In this document: one piece after another, positions 1 to 11,411 of the stretch
Layout: every line of letters begins with the position of its first letter
How positions within the stretch are numbered: position 1 is the stretch's first letter
Assembly: GCA_025603075.1 (NCBI GenBank)
Contig: MU626368.1
Location: 1-64,000 of the forward strand
Direction: 5' to 3'
Source of the DNA: Neoconidiobolus thromboides FSU 785
Taxonomy: Eukaryota; Fungi; Entomophthoromycota
Length of the DNA stretch: 64,000 nucleotides
Notes under the pieces: generated by a model
What the model was told of the DNA's origin: nothing
Databases searched by the model: none
Seen by the model: only the letters and a program-made list of their open reading frames with translations
Made by a program: the position numbers and the translations under genes

Positions 1-94
1 CAATAGCTTTACCATTTTTATGTAATGGAGCAAGATCAGCAAATACTGAAGCAAGGAGAGAACTGGAGATAGCAAAGATAGCGAATACTTTCAT
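1..94 (-). CDS. 5' end of a third subtilisin (S8) paralog, truncated by the window edge
   Basis: Reverse strand from ATG at 94 reads MKVFAIFAISSSLLASVFADLAPLHKNGKAI. Bases 1-94 are identical to 9174-9267, the start of the subtilisin at 8101-9267. Confidence 0.85.
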   Translation of the reverse strand, partial: MKVFAIFAISSSLLASVFADLAPLHKNGKAI

Positions 95-1567
95 TGTATT
101 GTTTTTGATAAAACTCAATTGTCAAGTTTGACTTTTTTTAATTAATTACAGTATAGCTTTCTGCTTTATATACTTTCACTATCCTTCTCTCGCTTAGAAT
201 ATAATTACTATTATTTTCGAGCTGATATTCGCCCTTAGAATTTTCTTTTGAATCTCAACCAGTTCCTATACATATGATTGTCAAGTGCTAAATTTTGAAC
301 CATACTACCAAGCTATAAAGTCATGAAAAAATATAGAAAAAAATTAGTAAGCTAGCTATAAAATATAGTATTAACTACTCTAATATTAACAGTTTATATC
401 TTATGACATTTCCAAAATTTATAATCTGTTACAAATATACTATAAAGATGATTCAATAAATTTTTGACATTATATCGTTTTTACTACCTTTAATAAATTA
501 TTTGGATTTAAATTGTAAATATTTATAACTGTCTTAATTTTCAGTATACGTTTTTCATAGATGTCAATTTCAGTTTTAAAAACGTACGTTTAAATATTTT
601 GGCCCAAAACAAAAGAATCTTTTCTATCTAGCTTTAGTATATTTAATTATCAAATAATTTTATTACAATAAGAATGTTTATTTCCTTTTTTGAATTAGTC
701 TTCTTAACTTTGAATTACTAATTTTTTCTATAAATTGTATAACAACTGATCTAACATGTATTTTACATTAAACAAAAACAGCAAAAACAGCTGATTTAAC
801 CAATTCACATGCCCTTAATGAACTTCAAAACGATATTGTGTCTAGTCATACCTAACCTATCAGTTTGATAAATTAGACATATTTTATTTGTAAACCATTG
901 TTTATTGACAATAATACTCGCATATGTACCAATGTATGACCAGAAATAAAATTACTACACTGTCTATTTTTATCTGTTTTTTATATTAGATGATGGTAGT
1001 AAAATATCTACAACCAATAGTCTCACTCTTAATTTAAATTGACTCGCATTGCTGTAGTTTTGTTCATATTATTTGAAGCAAAGACCTCGTCAAAGTCGAA
1101 TAGTAAATTTCGTTGGTAAAAAATTTATATAGAGCACTGGTTTGGCATATAACCTTTAATCTCTTTGAATTCTTATGGCACACTTGTTTTTCACCCCTTT
1201 CTTTTAATGAACCACTTGCTTATTTTGATTGAGCCTAATATTTTGAAACTATAAGTATTGTCATTAGGTGGTGACAATAAGAAGTTGGGAAATTTAGTTA
1301 AAATAATTTAACAAGGTAGTTTTAAGATAACAATAGAGCCTGAAATCATTGGCTAAAAAGAGTAATAGTGTTTTAGACGTAAAAGTTGAGCTAACTTAAA
1401 GCTACAAAACCTTAAGGAGTGGGTCAACCTAAATGTTTAATTCTAGATAATAACTTGGATGATATTCTTTAATTGATCCTATAAAACTTAAGTTTAGTCT
1501 TATAGTTCTAAATGATATATCCTGAAAGCTTTAATACCCTATGCCATCAGCTAAATAATTAAGATAT

Positions 1568-1668
1568 CTGATGTTTTTTTTGGTTTCATCACTTTTTCCA
1601 TTTTTTAAGCACTATTTGGATGGAAAGGTTATTTATTAGTAAAATTCTCAAATAAAGAATACATCCTC
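1568..1668 (+). mobile_element. MITE-like repeat copy A
   Basis: Aligns by eye with the other copies (ggtttcatcactttttccattttttaagcactattt core, right end acatcctc); flanked by ATAT on both sides. Confidence 0.65.
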
Positions 1669-1874
1669 ATATAGCTATTTATAAACAATATTTTTTGTAT
1701 TACAATTATATATTAAAATGCTAGAATTATCCCTCAACTTAGTAATAAAAGGTGACTTTTAATATTCGAATATACTTTCAATAACATCCAAATTTCAAGT
1801 AATTATTTTTATTAGTGTATATACTATATCATATTAATTATATATCTATTGAAAATATATGTAAAGATGTAAAA

Positions 1875-2436
1875 TTAACAAATGCCGTCTAAGCAAAACA
1901 GTGAAGCTTCAGCTTCACGCCTTACTACTAAATCTTCAAGTTTAAGTCCACTAATGTAACATTGAGCTTTCAGTGCATTGGCAGCTTCTCCAAATCTTTT
2001 TTGGTTAACTAAACTCAATACTGGTGATGATTTAAAAGCTTCACAGCCGACATTAAATGCATATGATACTAATGCCGAAAAGGAATTTCCTCCTAAGGGT
2101 GTAGTAAGACTACCAGCAACACATTCTTCTCTAGATCTTAAGTCGTCTTTCAATAAACTCATAGCTTGTGGCTCACTTAATGGCTCGGTCACACCAGCAC
2201 AGTTTTGACCATCGCCATGACATGCATGCCCATATCCAATTGTCTTTGCTCCCTAAAGTTAATTAATAAAGTAATATATTGAATAAAGATTTTATTACCA
2301 CTTGGTCATGATAAAAGTTGCCACGGAAGCCTTCAAATTTTTTGATTAGTTCTAACCCTTGATTGCTTGTTGCCTTTGCTGGCATTGCGTTAACAGATGA
2401 TAAAATGATCAATGAAGATAAAGCTATGAATTTCAT
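1875..2436 (-). CDS. Secreted GH24 (phage/T4-type) lysozyme, 2 exons (2436-2299, 2252-1875), 171 aa
   Basis: Spliced across a 46-nt GT-AG intron: signal peptide MKFIALSSLIILSSVNA, then GLELIKKFEGFRGNFYHDQVGAKTIGYGH with E, D(+9), T(+6) spacing as in T4 lysozyme E11/D20/T26. Also FSALVSYAFNVG and the C-terminal RREAEASLF, both typical of GH24. Confidence 0.9.
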
Positions 2437-4061
2437 TATTTGAATAAGTTTTTAGATTTTTAATAATATTTTCAGTGTTACTACTCTTTATTTATATGTA
2501 TTTTTTTTAATAAAGTATTACTATTTCTTTCATTGCTATTGATTTTTTTGAAACGATTGAGCCTACTTCAGTTTAGAGAATAGGGGTAGCCAAATCAGAA
2601 TTTTGTTAAAAATTGTTTAATTTAGAAAATCTTGGCAACTTTTTTTAATTTGTGGTGCAATAACTTTAAATTATCAGCTAGATCAAATAATAAAATGAAA
2701 ACAAATGGTGGGTCTTTCCTGCATAGAATTTTTATGTATTATTAGAATTAGTTATCTTTAATGAGCATAAACATATTCATTAAAATAAATACAACATCTA
2801 GAATATTGATTACATATATATGAAATTTTACTACTTAAAGATATACTAAAATAATATTATAAATTGAGCGGTAACACTATTGTTTTTACTATATACTTTT
2901 ATTATCAAACAAACTATTACTTTATAAATTTAAAAACAGTAATTATTTTTATAGATTAGCTCATTTTAATAAGTAAATCGAATTTACTCAATTAAATTTA
3001 AAACAATCAAATTTTAATTTTTCTTATTTTTGTGACTAAATACGAAATTGCTATAATTTTATATTAATTAAAGTAGGTTTTATTTTTTGATAAAGTAAAA
3101 CTTTACAAAAATAAGTAAACTTTATGTTTTAAATGTCAACCCAATCCGTAGCCTTATATTTTACACCTGCTGCAACTTTAAAGCGACCTATTTAACTATT
3201 CATTTAAAAATAAAATTTCACTAAAATCAAAGTAAATCTAGTAATTATATTTTACGAAACCAAACAAGCAAATAGCTGGCTCTAAAAACTATCGCAAAAT
3301 TGAAATAAAGCTACAATAGCTGTATTTCTATTAGTAGCGAATTTTTTGAATTGAGTTGGATATTTGTTACCTAAATGCCAGCTATCTGAGGTTGATTCAA
3401 ACCATGTATATAGTTAAAAGTATTCAATTTTTGAACTAAATGTTTGATTATATATGCAGTTTTATATAACTTCATCTTATTTTTTAAAGATGAATTTACT
3501 TTACTATTACTGGATGAAAAGAATATCTTATATATTGATCATGGTACAATGAGCCTAGAAGCAAACAGGATAAAAAAGGTTTGAATAAAGAGTGAAAATA
3601 ACAATATTAGTATATTATTTTAACCACTAGTTTGATGTAAGAGTTGCCATTTAATATTAATAAATGATAGCTTAATAGCTGGTATCCCATAAAAGTTATT
3701 GAAAATAGTCTGGATTTTAGGATCTCTATAAGATAGGCATGTCCTATCAAATAGATATAGGATAAAAATATCAAATAGCTAAAGATAATCGAATCTCATG
3801 ATTTTATTAATACTATAGTTCCACTAAAAATAGTGCAATAGCAAAGGAAATCTCGATTTACGAGTATATCATTTATTTGAATTTTATCAATAACTCTGAT
3901 CGCAATAAGTTTACTATTCAACTTTCGAATTTAATAAAGTTAAAAAATAACTTAAAGTTGAGTATTTCTATAAAAAAGTGGAAAATTCAAAGTATATAAA
4001 TAAAAGTTGGAATGATTCAAATTATATTATAATAAATATAGCTCTATGCTCTTACAACTAG

Positions 4062-5282
4062 ATGAGATTTTCTTTTTTGTTTTTAGCAGTTAGTTTAATC
4101 ATCACTAAAGTTACTAGCAGTATGGCTAGTAAAGTAATAGTAGGCTACTTTACCGATTGGACGTTAGATCAATATCCGGTCAGCGCTATTGATTTCAAAA
4201 AAGTAACCCACATTAATTATGCCTTTTCGTTATTTAATGATACTGATTTTAAACCAAAAATTGAAACTGAAAGTACACTAAAAGAATTAATTAAAAGAGC
4301 ACATAGGTGTAATACAAAAGTATCGATATCTATTGGTGGTTGGACAGGATCGAAATATTTTTCGCCAATGGCAGCAGATAATAATAAAAGGAAACAATTT
4401 ATATCGAATACTGTTGCCTTTGTAGATAAATTTAATTTAGATGGCGTTGATTTAGATTGGGAATATCCCGGAAGAAATGGTAATGATGGAAATATTGTAT
4501 CTCCAAAAGATACTGCAAACTATTTATTATTGTTAAAAGATTTACGTACTGCATTAAATAATAAATTGTTGACTGCAGCTGTAAGAGTTCAACCGTTTGA
4601 TGGCCCAAATGGACCATTAATGAACGTTAGAGAATTTGTACCTTTATTTGATTGGGTTAATTTAATGTGTTATGATTTAAATGGTCCTTGGGAAACAACT
4701 ACTGGACCAATTGGTGGGTTGAATTATGAACCCGACAGAGGTGCGCCATTCTCTGTTAAACAAGCAGTAAGAGATTGGAGTAATGCAGGGTTTACATATA
4801 ATAAATTAGTAGTTGGTGTACCTTTTTATGGATTTTCTGTAGGTGTTGATGTTGATATGACAACTACTAATCAATACCAAAAAGTTACTAACAATAGCTT
4901 ACCTGGGTATACTTATAAAGATTTAATGACTAAAAATATCTTAAAGTCGTCATTAAAAGCTAACACTACTAATGGCTGGATTCGGAAATTTGATACAATT
5001 ACTCAAACCCCATGATTATTTAATAATAACACAAAAACATTTATTGCTTATGATGATATTCAATCATTAAGTATAAAAACTAATTATATTAGATGTAACA
5101 ATTTAAAGGGAGTTATGTTATGGTCTATGGATAATGATTATGAAAATCAATTACTTGATGCTTTACAAAACGTTCATAATGAAGAAGAATGTAGCCCACC
5201 TAATTCATATAGTAACGATATTGGTAGTTATAGACATTCATATATTTCGATAGATAAAGATTCTAAAATATCGGAAGATTAA
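4062..5282 (+). pseudogene. Secreted GH18 chitinase with a single in-frame TGA at 5013-5015 (nonsense allele, sequencing error or recoding)
   Basis: Signal peptide, SIGGW and intact FNLDGVDLDWEYP (DxxDxDxE). The frame continues past the TGA for 88 codons (LFNNNTKTFIAYDDIQSL...KGVMLWSMDND), completing the GH18 barrel, to TAA at 5280-5282. Confidence 0.85.
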
Positions 5283-5290
5283 ACAGGATA

Positions 5291-5377
5291 GGGGTTATGT
5301 TTTAAGAATTTTATTAACAAATCGTACAGCTTTTGTACTACATAAGAACGTGGAGAAATGAAACCAATGATATCTAC
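5291..5377 (-). mobile_element. MITE-like repeat copy F (degraded)
   Basis: Reverse complement shares ggtttcattt...ttaataaaattcttaaa...cccc with the family; the middle is diverged. Confidence 0.45.
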
Positions 5378-5428
5378 ATATGGTAACTGATAAAGATTAA
5401 AATAAATGGCTTCTTAGTTTCAGTATAT

Positions 5429-5526
5429 GGGGATGTATCTTTTTGTTTAAGAATTTTACTAGCAGTTTTTCTATCTAAATAACGCTTAAAAAATGAAAAG
5501 TAATGAAACCAAAAAAATACACTCTC
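5429..5526 (-). mobile_element. MITE-like repeat copy D
   Basis: 98 bp, GGGGATGTATC...ATACACTCTC, flanked by ATAT/ATAT; reverse complement aligns with copy C. Confidence 0.7.
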
Positions 5527-5654
5527 ATATTAATTTTACTAATAAATTATTATGTTGTCAGTCTTAGGAGGTTTTAGACAATAATTTTAACAACGATTTA
5601 AATTTAACTAAACAAGTATTTAAAAATAATTTTAGTATATTAAACATTTTTTAT

Positions 5655-6815
5655 TTAGATGGAACCGTAGCCATTGAAAGCTAAAAGATTAGGGGTATCA
5701 GTACCTACATTGTTGATAGCATTTTGAGTAGCAAGGTCAATAATTTTTTGAGCTACTTGGTCATTAGTTAATGATTGCTTTGAGAGGAGATAAGCAGCAA
5801 GACCAGCAACGTGTGGGGTAGCCATAGAGGTGCCAGAGATAGTATTAGTACCACCATTATTCCAAGTAGATAAAATATTAACACCTGGGGCAATAACAGA
5901 AACACATTGACCATAATTAGAAAATGAAGCAAAATTATCATTGATGTCCGAAGCAGCTACTGTAATAGCACTTGCAGCTGAAGCTGGGGACACATTACAT
6001 GCATCTTGAGTTTCATTACCAGCTGCAACAACAACGACAAAACCATTAGAATGAGCTGACTCAACTGCATTATTAAGGGTATCTGATTGACTACCACCTA
6101 ATGACATACTAATGACATTACCCTTAACTCCTTTTTTATCGTTGACTGCCCAATTAATGGCGGAAATAATACCTGAAGTGCTACCTGAGCCACTACCATC
6201 AAATACTTTAACTGCAACAAGACTGACATTTTTTGAAACACCATAAGTTTTTGAACCAATAGTACCAGCACAATGTGTACCATGTCCATTTTCATCATTG
6301 TTATTGGTACCTGCAAATCTAGCACCAAATCTGGCACGACCTCCAAACTCAGGGTGAGTAGTAAGGATACCAGTATCAATTAAGTATACAGTTACACCTG
6401 AACCATCACCGTTATAACTATAAGTTGATTTGTTGTTGAAATTAGTTTGAGAAATACGAGAAATACCCCAAGTAGCACCGTTTTGAGTTGTAGAAAGTTT
6501 CACTTGAGCATCAGCTTCTACAAAAGCAACTTCTGGTAAATTACGTACTTTTTCTAAAACTGAATCAGTTAAACGAGCATGATAGGTGTTTTTTACATGT
6601 TTAAAGACAGTCTCAATTTTGTTAGACCCGGTACGATCAGTAAAGAGTTCTTGTACTTGCTGGATATGGGCTTCAATAGGAAGTCGAGTATCTCCCTTTA
6701 AGGTAATTAAGTAACTCCCTTCAATTGTTTTTCCTTTTTTATGTAAAGGTGCAAGGTCAGCAAATACTGTAGCAAGGAGAGAAGAGGTGATAGCGAAGAT
6801 AGCAAATACTCTCAT
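5655..6815 (-). CDS. Secreted subtilisin-like serine protease (S8A, proteinase K family) with I9 propeptide, intronless
   Basis: Signal peptide; catalytic motifs IDTG, HGTHCAG, GTSMATPHVAG. Confidence 0.95.
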   Translation of the reverse strand: MRVFAIFAITSSLLATVFADLAPLHKKGKTIEGSYLITLKGDTRLPIEAHIQQVQELFTDRTGSNKIETVFKHVKNTYHARLTDSVLEKVRNLPEVAFVEADAQVKLSTTQNGATWGISRISQTNFNNKSTYSYNGDGSGVTVYLIDTGILTTHPEFGGRARFGARFAGTNNNDENGHGTHCAGTIGSKTYGVSKNVSLVAVKVFDGSGSGSTSGIISAINWAVNDKKGVKGNVISMSLGGSQSDTLNNAVESAHSNGFVVVVAAGNETQDACNVSPASAASAITVAASDINDNFASFSNYGQCVSVIAPGVNILSTWNNGGTNTISGTSMATPHVAGLAAYLLSKQSLTNDQVAQKIIDLATQNAINNVGTDTPNLLAFNGYGSI

Positions 6816-8100
6816 TTGGATTATTGTTTTTTATTATATCGAATTTTTCAATAAACTTTTTGATACTTATAATGTCTTCATTATTGATGTATTTTATAGT
6901 GTTTTTATTTTCTTAAGGTTTATTATGGTATATCAATTCGCTTTATCATTGACTTTTGTTTATATAATAAATCTGTTCCTTAATTGTTAGTTGTCTATAA
7001 TAAGTATACGACACCAATGGTTTAGTAATCAAAAGATAGTATATTACTATCGAGTTAAATGGCATACTATCTAAATTGAATTTAAAGTATTGAATGAAAG
7101 TAGCATTATGATTACTTTAAATAGATTATAAATCATTAACTGTAGTTTTAAGCTGTAGCTTTTCATTGTTTAAAATAATGGATGTGATGAAGAAATTGGT
7201 AAGAAATATCAAATGATTGTATCATAAAAAAGTCATACAATTTATTTTAAACTTAAATTTAACTTCATCTATTTTAAGTAGGGAATATTACTATTAAATT
7301 TATTAAATGCTGATCAAATTGTTAGTAAAAAATCTTAACTTAATAATTAAGAATAATCGTATGATCAATAATTAACTAAATTTTCTCTACTTATTCCGCC
7401 TTTATATTTTTTATGGATATATAATTGATGGATTTACATGTCTAAACACCTACTAAGATAATGTTTAGTCTAAAGTATTAAATTTGCTTATTGAATTGTT
7501 TTCTTTAAAATAACTCATGTTCATATTTGCTTTAATATTTGTTCGAATTAATATCGCTTTTTTTATAAATATTCCAGCCTTATCAATAATTTCATACTTT
7601 GGTGATACACAGTACTTTGTGTATGATCTAATATAACAAAAAACTAAGTGATTTATCAAAAGTTTGGGGAGTGAAACAATAATATTGTTAATTTATCTGT
7701 CAATGGCCTTTAAGCCATTCTTACTTAATATTTGTTTTTATGCTATAATAAACACGATTAAAATTTAACTAAAAAATTAAAATAAAATAAAAGTCCAATA
7801 TTATAATAGCTCTCTAGAAGTCGTTTTTACTATAAAGATTACAAATCGTTAATATTATTAATATTTAGTAATATCATTTAACAAAATTATTAAAACTTCA
7901 ATTAAAGCTTTAAACTAATAATTAAGGAGCTAGAATTTTAATTATCTATTGAATTTCTAAAAAATAAAATTATAAAATTATAAAAATTCAAGTATCAGTA
8001 TGGAAAGTTTAGTATAAGTATTTTAAAGATAAATCAATACGCCTTAGATAGGGCTAAAAACTGGAAGGACTGATATACTTAAGATTTTATTTTAAAAAAG

Positions 8101-9267
8101 TTAAGCAATATTGTTATAAGCTAAGAGATTTGGAGTATCAGCTTTTAAATTCTTGATGGCATCTTTAGTAGCAACGCTAACAATTTTATCTCTTACTTGA
8201 GCATTAGTTAAAGTTTCTTTTGAAAGGAAATAAGCAGCAAGACCAGCAACATGAGGAGTAGCCATGGAAGTACCAGAGATAGTATTAGTGCCACCATTAT
8301 TCCAGGTAGAAAGAATGGCTACACCTGGAGCAATAACATCAATACATTTACCATAATTAGAAGAAGAGGCAATGTTATCATTGATATCAGATGAACCAAC
8401 AGTGATAACATTTGGTGCTGAAGCCGGAGATAAATTACATGCATCACTGGATCCATTACCAGCAGCTGCTACAACAACAAATCCTTTTTGATAAGCTGAC
8501 TCAACAGCATTATTAATAAAATTTGAAAACCCTCCACCAATCGACATACTGATGACATTTCCTTTCACTCCTTTTTTATCCTTAATTACCCACTCAATAC
8601 CAGAAACAATTGCCGAGGTGCTACCTGAACCACTACCATCAAATACTTTAACTGCAACAAGACTGACATTTTTTGAAACACCATAAGTTTTGGATCCAAC
8701 AATACCAGCACAATGTGTACCATGACCATGCTCATCATCATTGTTTTTACCAGCAAATCTGGCACCAAAGCGAGCACGACCTTCAAATTCAGGATGAGTG
8801 GTGAGGATACCAGTATCAATAACATAAACAGTTACGTCAGAACCATCACCACCATACTTATAAGTAGATTTATCAGTGAAAGTGTTTTGCGAGATACGAG
8901 CAAGACCCCATGGAGCATTGTTTTGAGTATTTTTTTGAGTGGTGTAAAGTTTGACCTCAGTATCTGCTTCAACGAAGGCAACTTCTGGTAAATTACGTAC
9001 TTTTTCTAAAACTGAATCAGTTAAACGAGCATGGTAAGCATTTCCAATGTGGTTGAAAACCCTTTCAACTTTGTTAGATCCACTACGATCAGTGAAGAGC
9101 TCTTGTACTTGTTGAACGTGAGCATCAAGGGTGGTACGAGTGTTACCCTTTAAGGTGATTAAATAACTTCCTTCAATAGCTTTACCATTTTTATGTAATG
9201 GAGCAAGATCAGCAAATACTGAAGCAAGGAGAGAACTGGAGATAGCAAAGATAGCGAATACTTTCAT
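8101..9267 (-). CDS. Secreted subtilisin-like serine protease (S8A), tandem paralog, intronless
   Basis: Signal peptide; IDTG, HGTHCAG, GTSMATPHVAG; high similarity to 5655-6815. Confidence 0.95.
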   Translation of the reverse strand: MKVFAIFAISSSLLASVFADLAPLHKNGKAIEGSYLITLKGNTRTTLDAHVQQVQELFTDRSGSNKVERVFNHIGNAYHARLTDSVLEKVRNLPEVAFVEADTEVKLYTTQKNTQNNAPWGLARISQNTFTDKSTYKYGGDGSDVTVYVIDTGILTTHPEFEGRARFGARFAGKNNDDEHGHGTHCAGIVGSKTYGVSKNVSLVAVKVFDGSGSGSTSAIVSGIEWVIKDKKGVKGNVISMSIGGGFSNFINNAVESAYQKGFVVVAAAGNGSSDACNLSPASAPNVITVGSSDINDNIASSSNYGKCIDVIAPGVAILSTWNNGGTNTISGTSMATPHVAGLAAYFLSKETLTNAQVRDKIVSVATKDAIKNLKADTPNLLAYNNIA

Positions 9268-10160
9268 TTATATTGTTTTTTGGGTTATGTGGAACTGTTC
9301 AATGGAACTTTTTGATACTTAAACTATCTTCTTTGTCTATATATTTATAGTCCTCTCATTATTTTGAATGCACATTGTCTCGGATCAAACTTTATATATT
9401 TATATTTTTTAGTAGTCATTATTTAGTTATAGTAAACATATGACTACCAATGTATTGATTAAACCATTTTTTATAAAATTAGTTTAAGATGCATTATGAT
9501 AATAGTTTGTCTATTATCTATTTAAAAATGTTCTAAATTAATAATATATACTATTATTAGCTCAAGTAATATTAAATTGTATGGTTTTTCTATATAGTAG
9601 ATGGATAATTAAGCCCTTTCTTTAAACTATAATCATAGGGTATTGTCACATAAAAATCATTTAAAATAACATAGTAAATTACAGAATTCTAACTATTGCT
9701 ATTTATAGTAACCCGTTAACTCAATATACTCATTCTATGATACTCAGTCGAAATTTATGTACTTGTTTTATTTCATTTAGTACATTTTGAAAATATTAGA
9801 TTTGATTCTTTAATATTTAGTGATATTTACTAATTGGCCTTAATATTTTTTAAGTTTAAAAATAAATTAAGCTAATTCTAGTGAAATATAATTTATTTAG
9901 TGGTAATTTTTATAATTAAATAGTTTATTTAAGCATTATATTAAAGCTTAACACTTAAGTTTTAGTTTAATTTTAGCTGAATACTTCTTCTCAAATAAAC
10001 AGATAAGCAAAATTGACCCAAATTAGCTATAAACCAATAAAAATTATTTAAATTTTAATCAAATGGAATTAAAGGGTCAAAAGTTAGTATCTGTTTTTTT
10101 TAAATAACAAAAAGAATTAATAAAAAAATATACTCATATTTCGTTAAATAATCAAACATA

Positions 10161-11321
10161 ATGACCGATGATAATGAAACCTATTTTGAGTTTGGGGCCT
10201 TAGAAGCATCCGATAATGAGGAAGAAATTCAATTAAAGAAAGAAAAGGAAATTGAAATTGAAAAACAAAAGTTAGAAAAACATCGTTTAGAAGTTCAAAA
10301 TTATAGACCAATTGGAGAGGAACCGGGGGTAAGTTTATTTATTTATTTAATTTCGTCCCATAATATAATATATCAATATTAATATCATTTTTCATATATT
10401 AGTGGTTTAATTTAAAAGCTAATGAAACAATGGAAATGAGATTTGAATCAAGTGGCTTAGGTGCTACCCAAATCAAATATTCCTTAGAGCAAAAATATTT
10501 CAATAAAAGATATGAAGAAACTATTGCTTTAGGGACAGAATTTTTGAATAAAAAACATTTAACTCGAGTTTCTAATGGTAAAGAAGTGGTGGAAATATTA
10601 ATTAAAGCTTATTTAAAGTTAAAACAATACGATATGGCATATAAGATGGTATTGGGATGGAAGGTAAATATTTTGATGTTTTTTAGCTGATATATTAAAC
10701 TAAATTTATTTATTTCTATATTAAGGATGCTAATGATTTAGGGCATCTGATTTTAAAAGGAATTGTTTTTAGTTTTAATGGGCTATTAAATGGTAATTAC
10801 ATTAATACTAGATTATTTTGTTTATTATTTACATTTAACTAATGCTTTAATTAGATGCAATTACTTGTTTTAAAAAATACGATCAAATACGACCTAATGA
10901 TTATCAATTATATCAAAGGTTAAGTGAATGTTTTATTAACTGGAAGAATATAAATAATAACGATAATAATAAACAAAAAGAAGGAAACAATCATATATAT
11001 TTGATCTATAAATTAAGTTATAAAATCATGAAAACAAGCCAATGGAATATAGATGTAGACTTTATTAATCAACGTTATTTAAAAGAAGTAAAAAAAATTG
11101 AGGATAAATTAAAGGATTATAAGAATGTTTATTTGCCTGAGTTGGAGTACTTTTTAAAACAAGGTATTATAACTGAAGAAAATATTGAATGGCTAAAGGA
11201 ATTAATTGAAGCTGGACAAAAGATTGATTTAATTAAAATACAACAAAGGGAAGTCAAACCAGATATTAAACTAGATGAGGAAGAGGTTAATAGAAACGAA
11301 AGAAGTGTATTAACATTATAA
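10161..11321 (+). CDS. Hypothetical protein, possibly TPR-like helical; 4 exons (10161-10328, 10403-10663, 10726-10792, 10855-11321)
   Basis: Three GT-AG introns join the track ORFs into one frame. The segment DAITCFKKYDQIRPNDYQLYQRLSECF resembles a TPR helix pair. Confidence 0.7.
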
Positions 11322-11411
11322 ATAAATAGAATAAAATAATAATAATATAAATAAAATATAGTATATGATATAGTTTTATTTTTATTTTTTATTTTCAGTG
11401 TTTTGGTATAT

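Noticed and set aside
3732-3748. Small hairpin GATAGG-CATGT-CCTATC in the lysozyme/chitinase intergenic region
   Set aside because: A 6-bp stem is expected by chance in 64 kb.
5013-5015. Selenocysteine insertion at the in-frame TGA
   Set aside because: The position corresponds to an aromatic residue in a non-redox hydrolase, not a Cys, and I recognised no SECIS-like hairpin.
4062-5282. Alternative genetic code (UGA=Trp) or Mollicute/mitochondrial origin to explain the chitinase TGA
   Set aside because: The same gene uses TGG for its other eight Trp codons, and TGA is the genuine stop of AMS1 and eIF4B in this window.
1978-8991. Short ORFs overlapping real genes (1978-2208, 4432-4617, 6098-6379, 6787-6990, 8586-8825, 8713-8991)
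   Set aside because: Antisense or alternate-frame shadows of the lysozyme, chitinase and subtilisin genes with no independent support.
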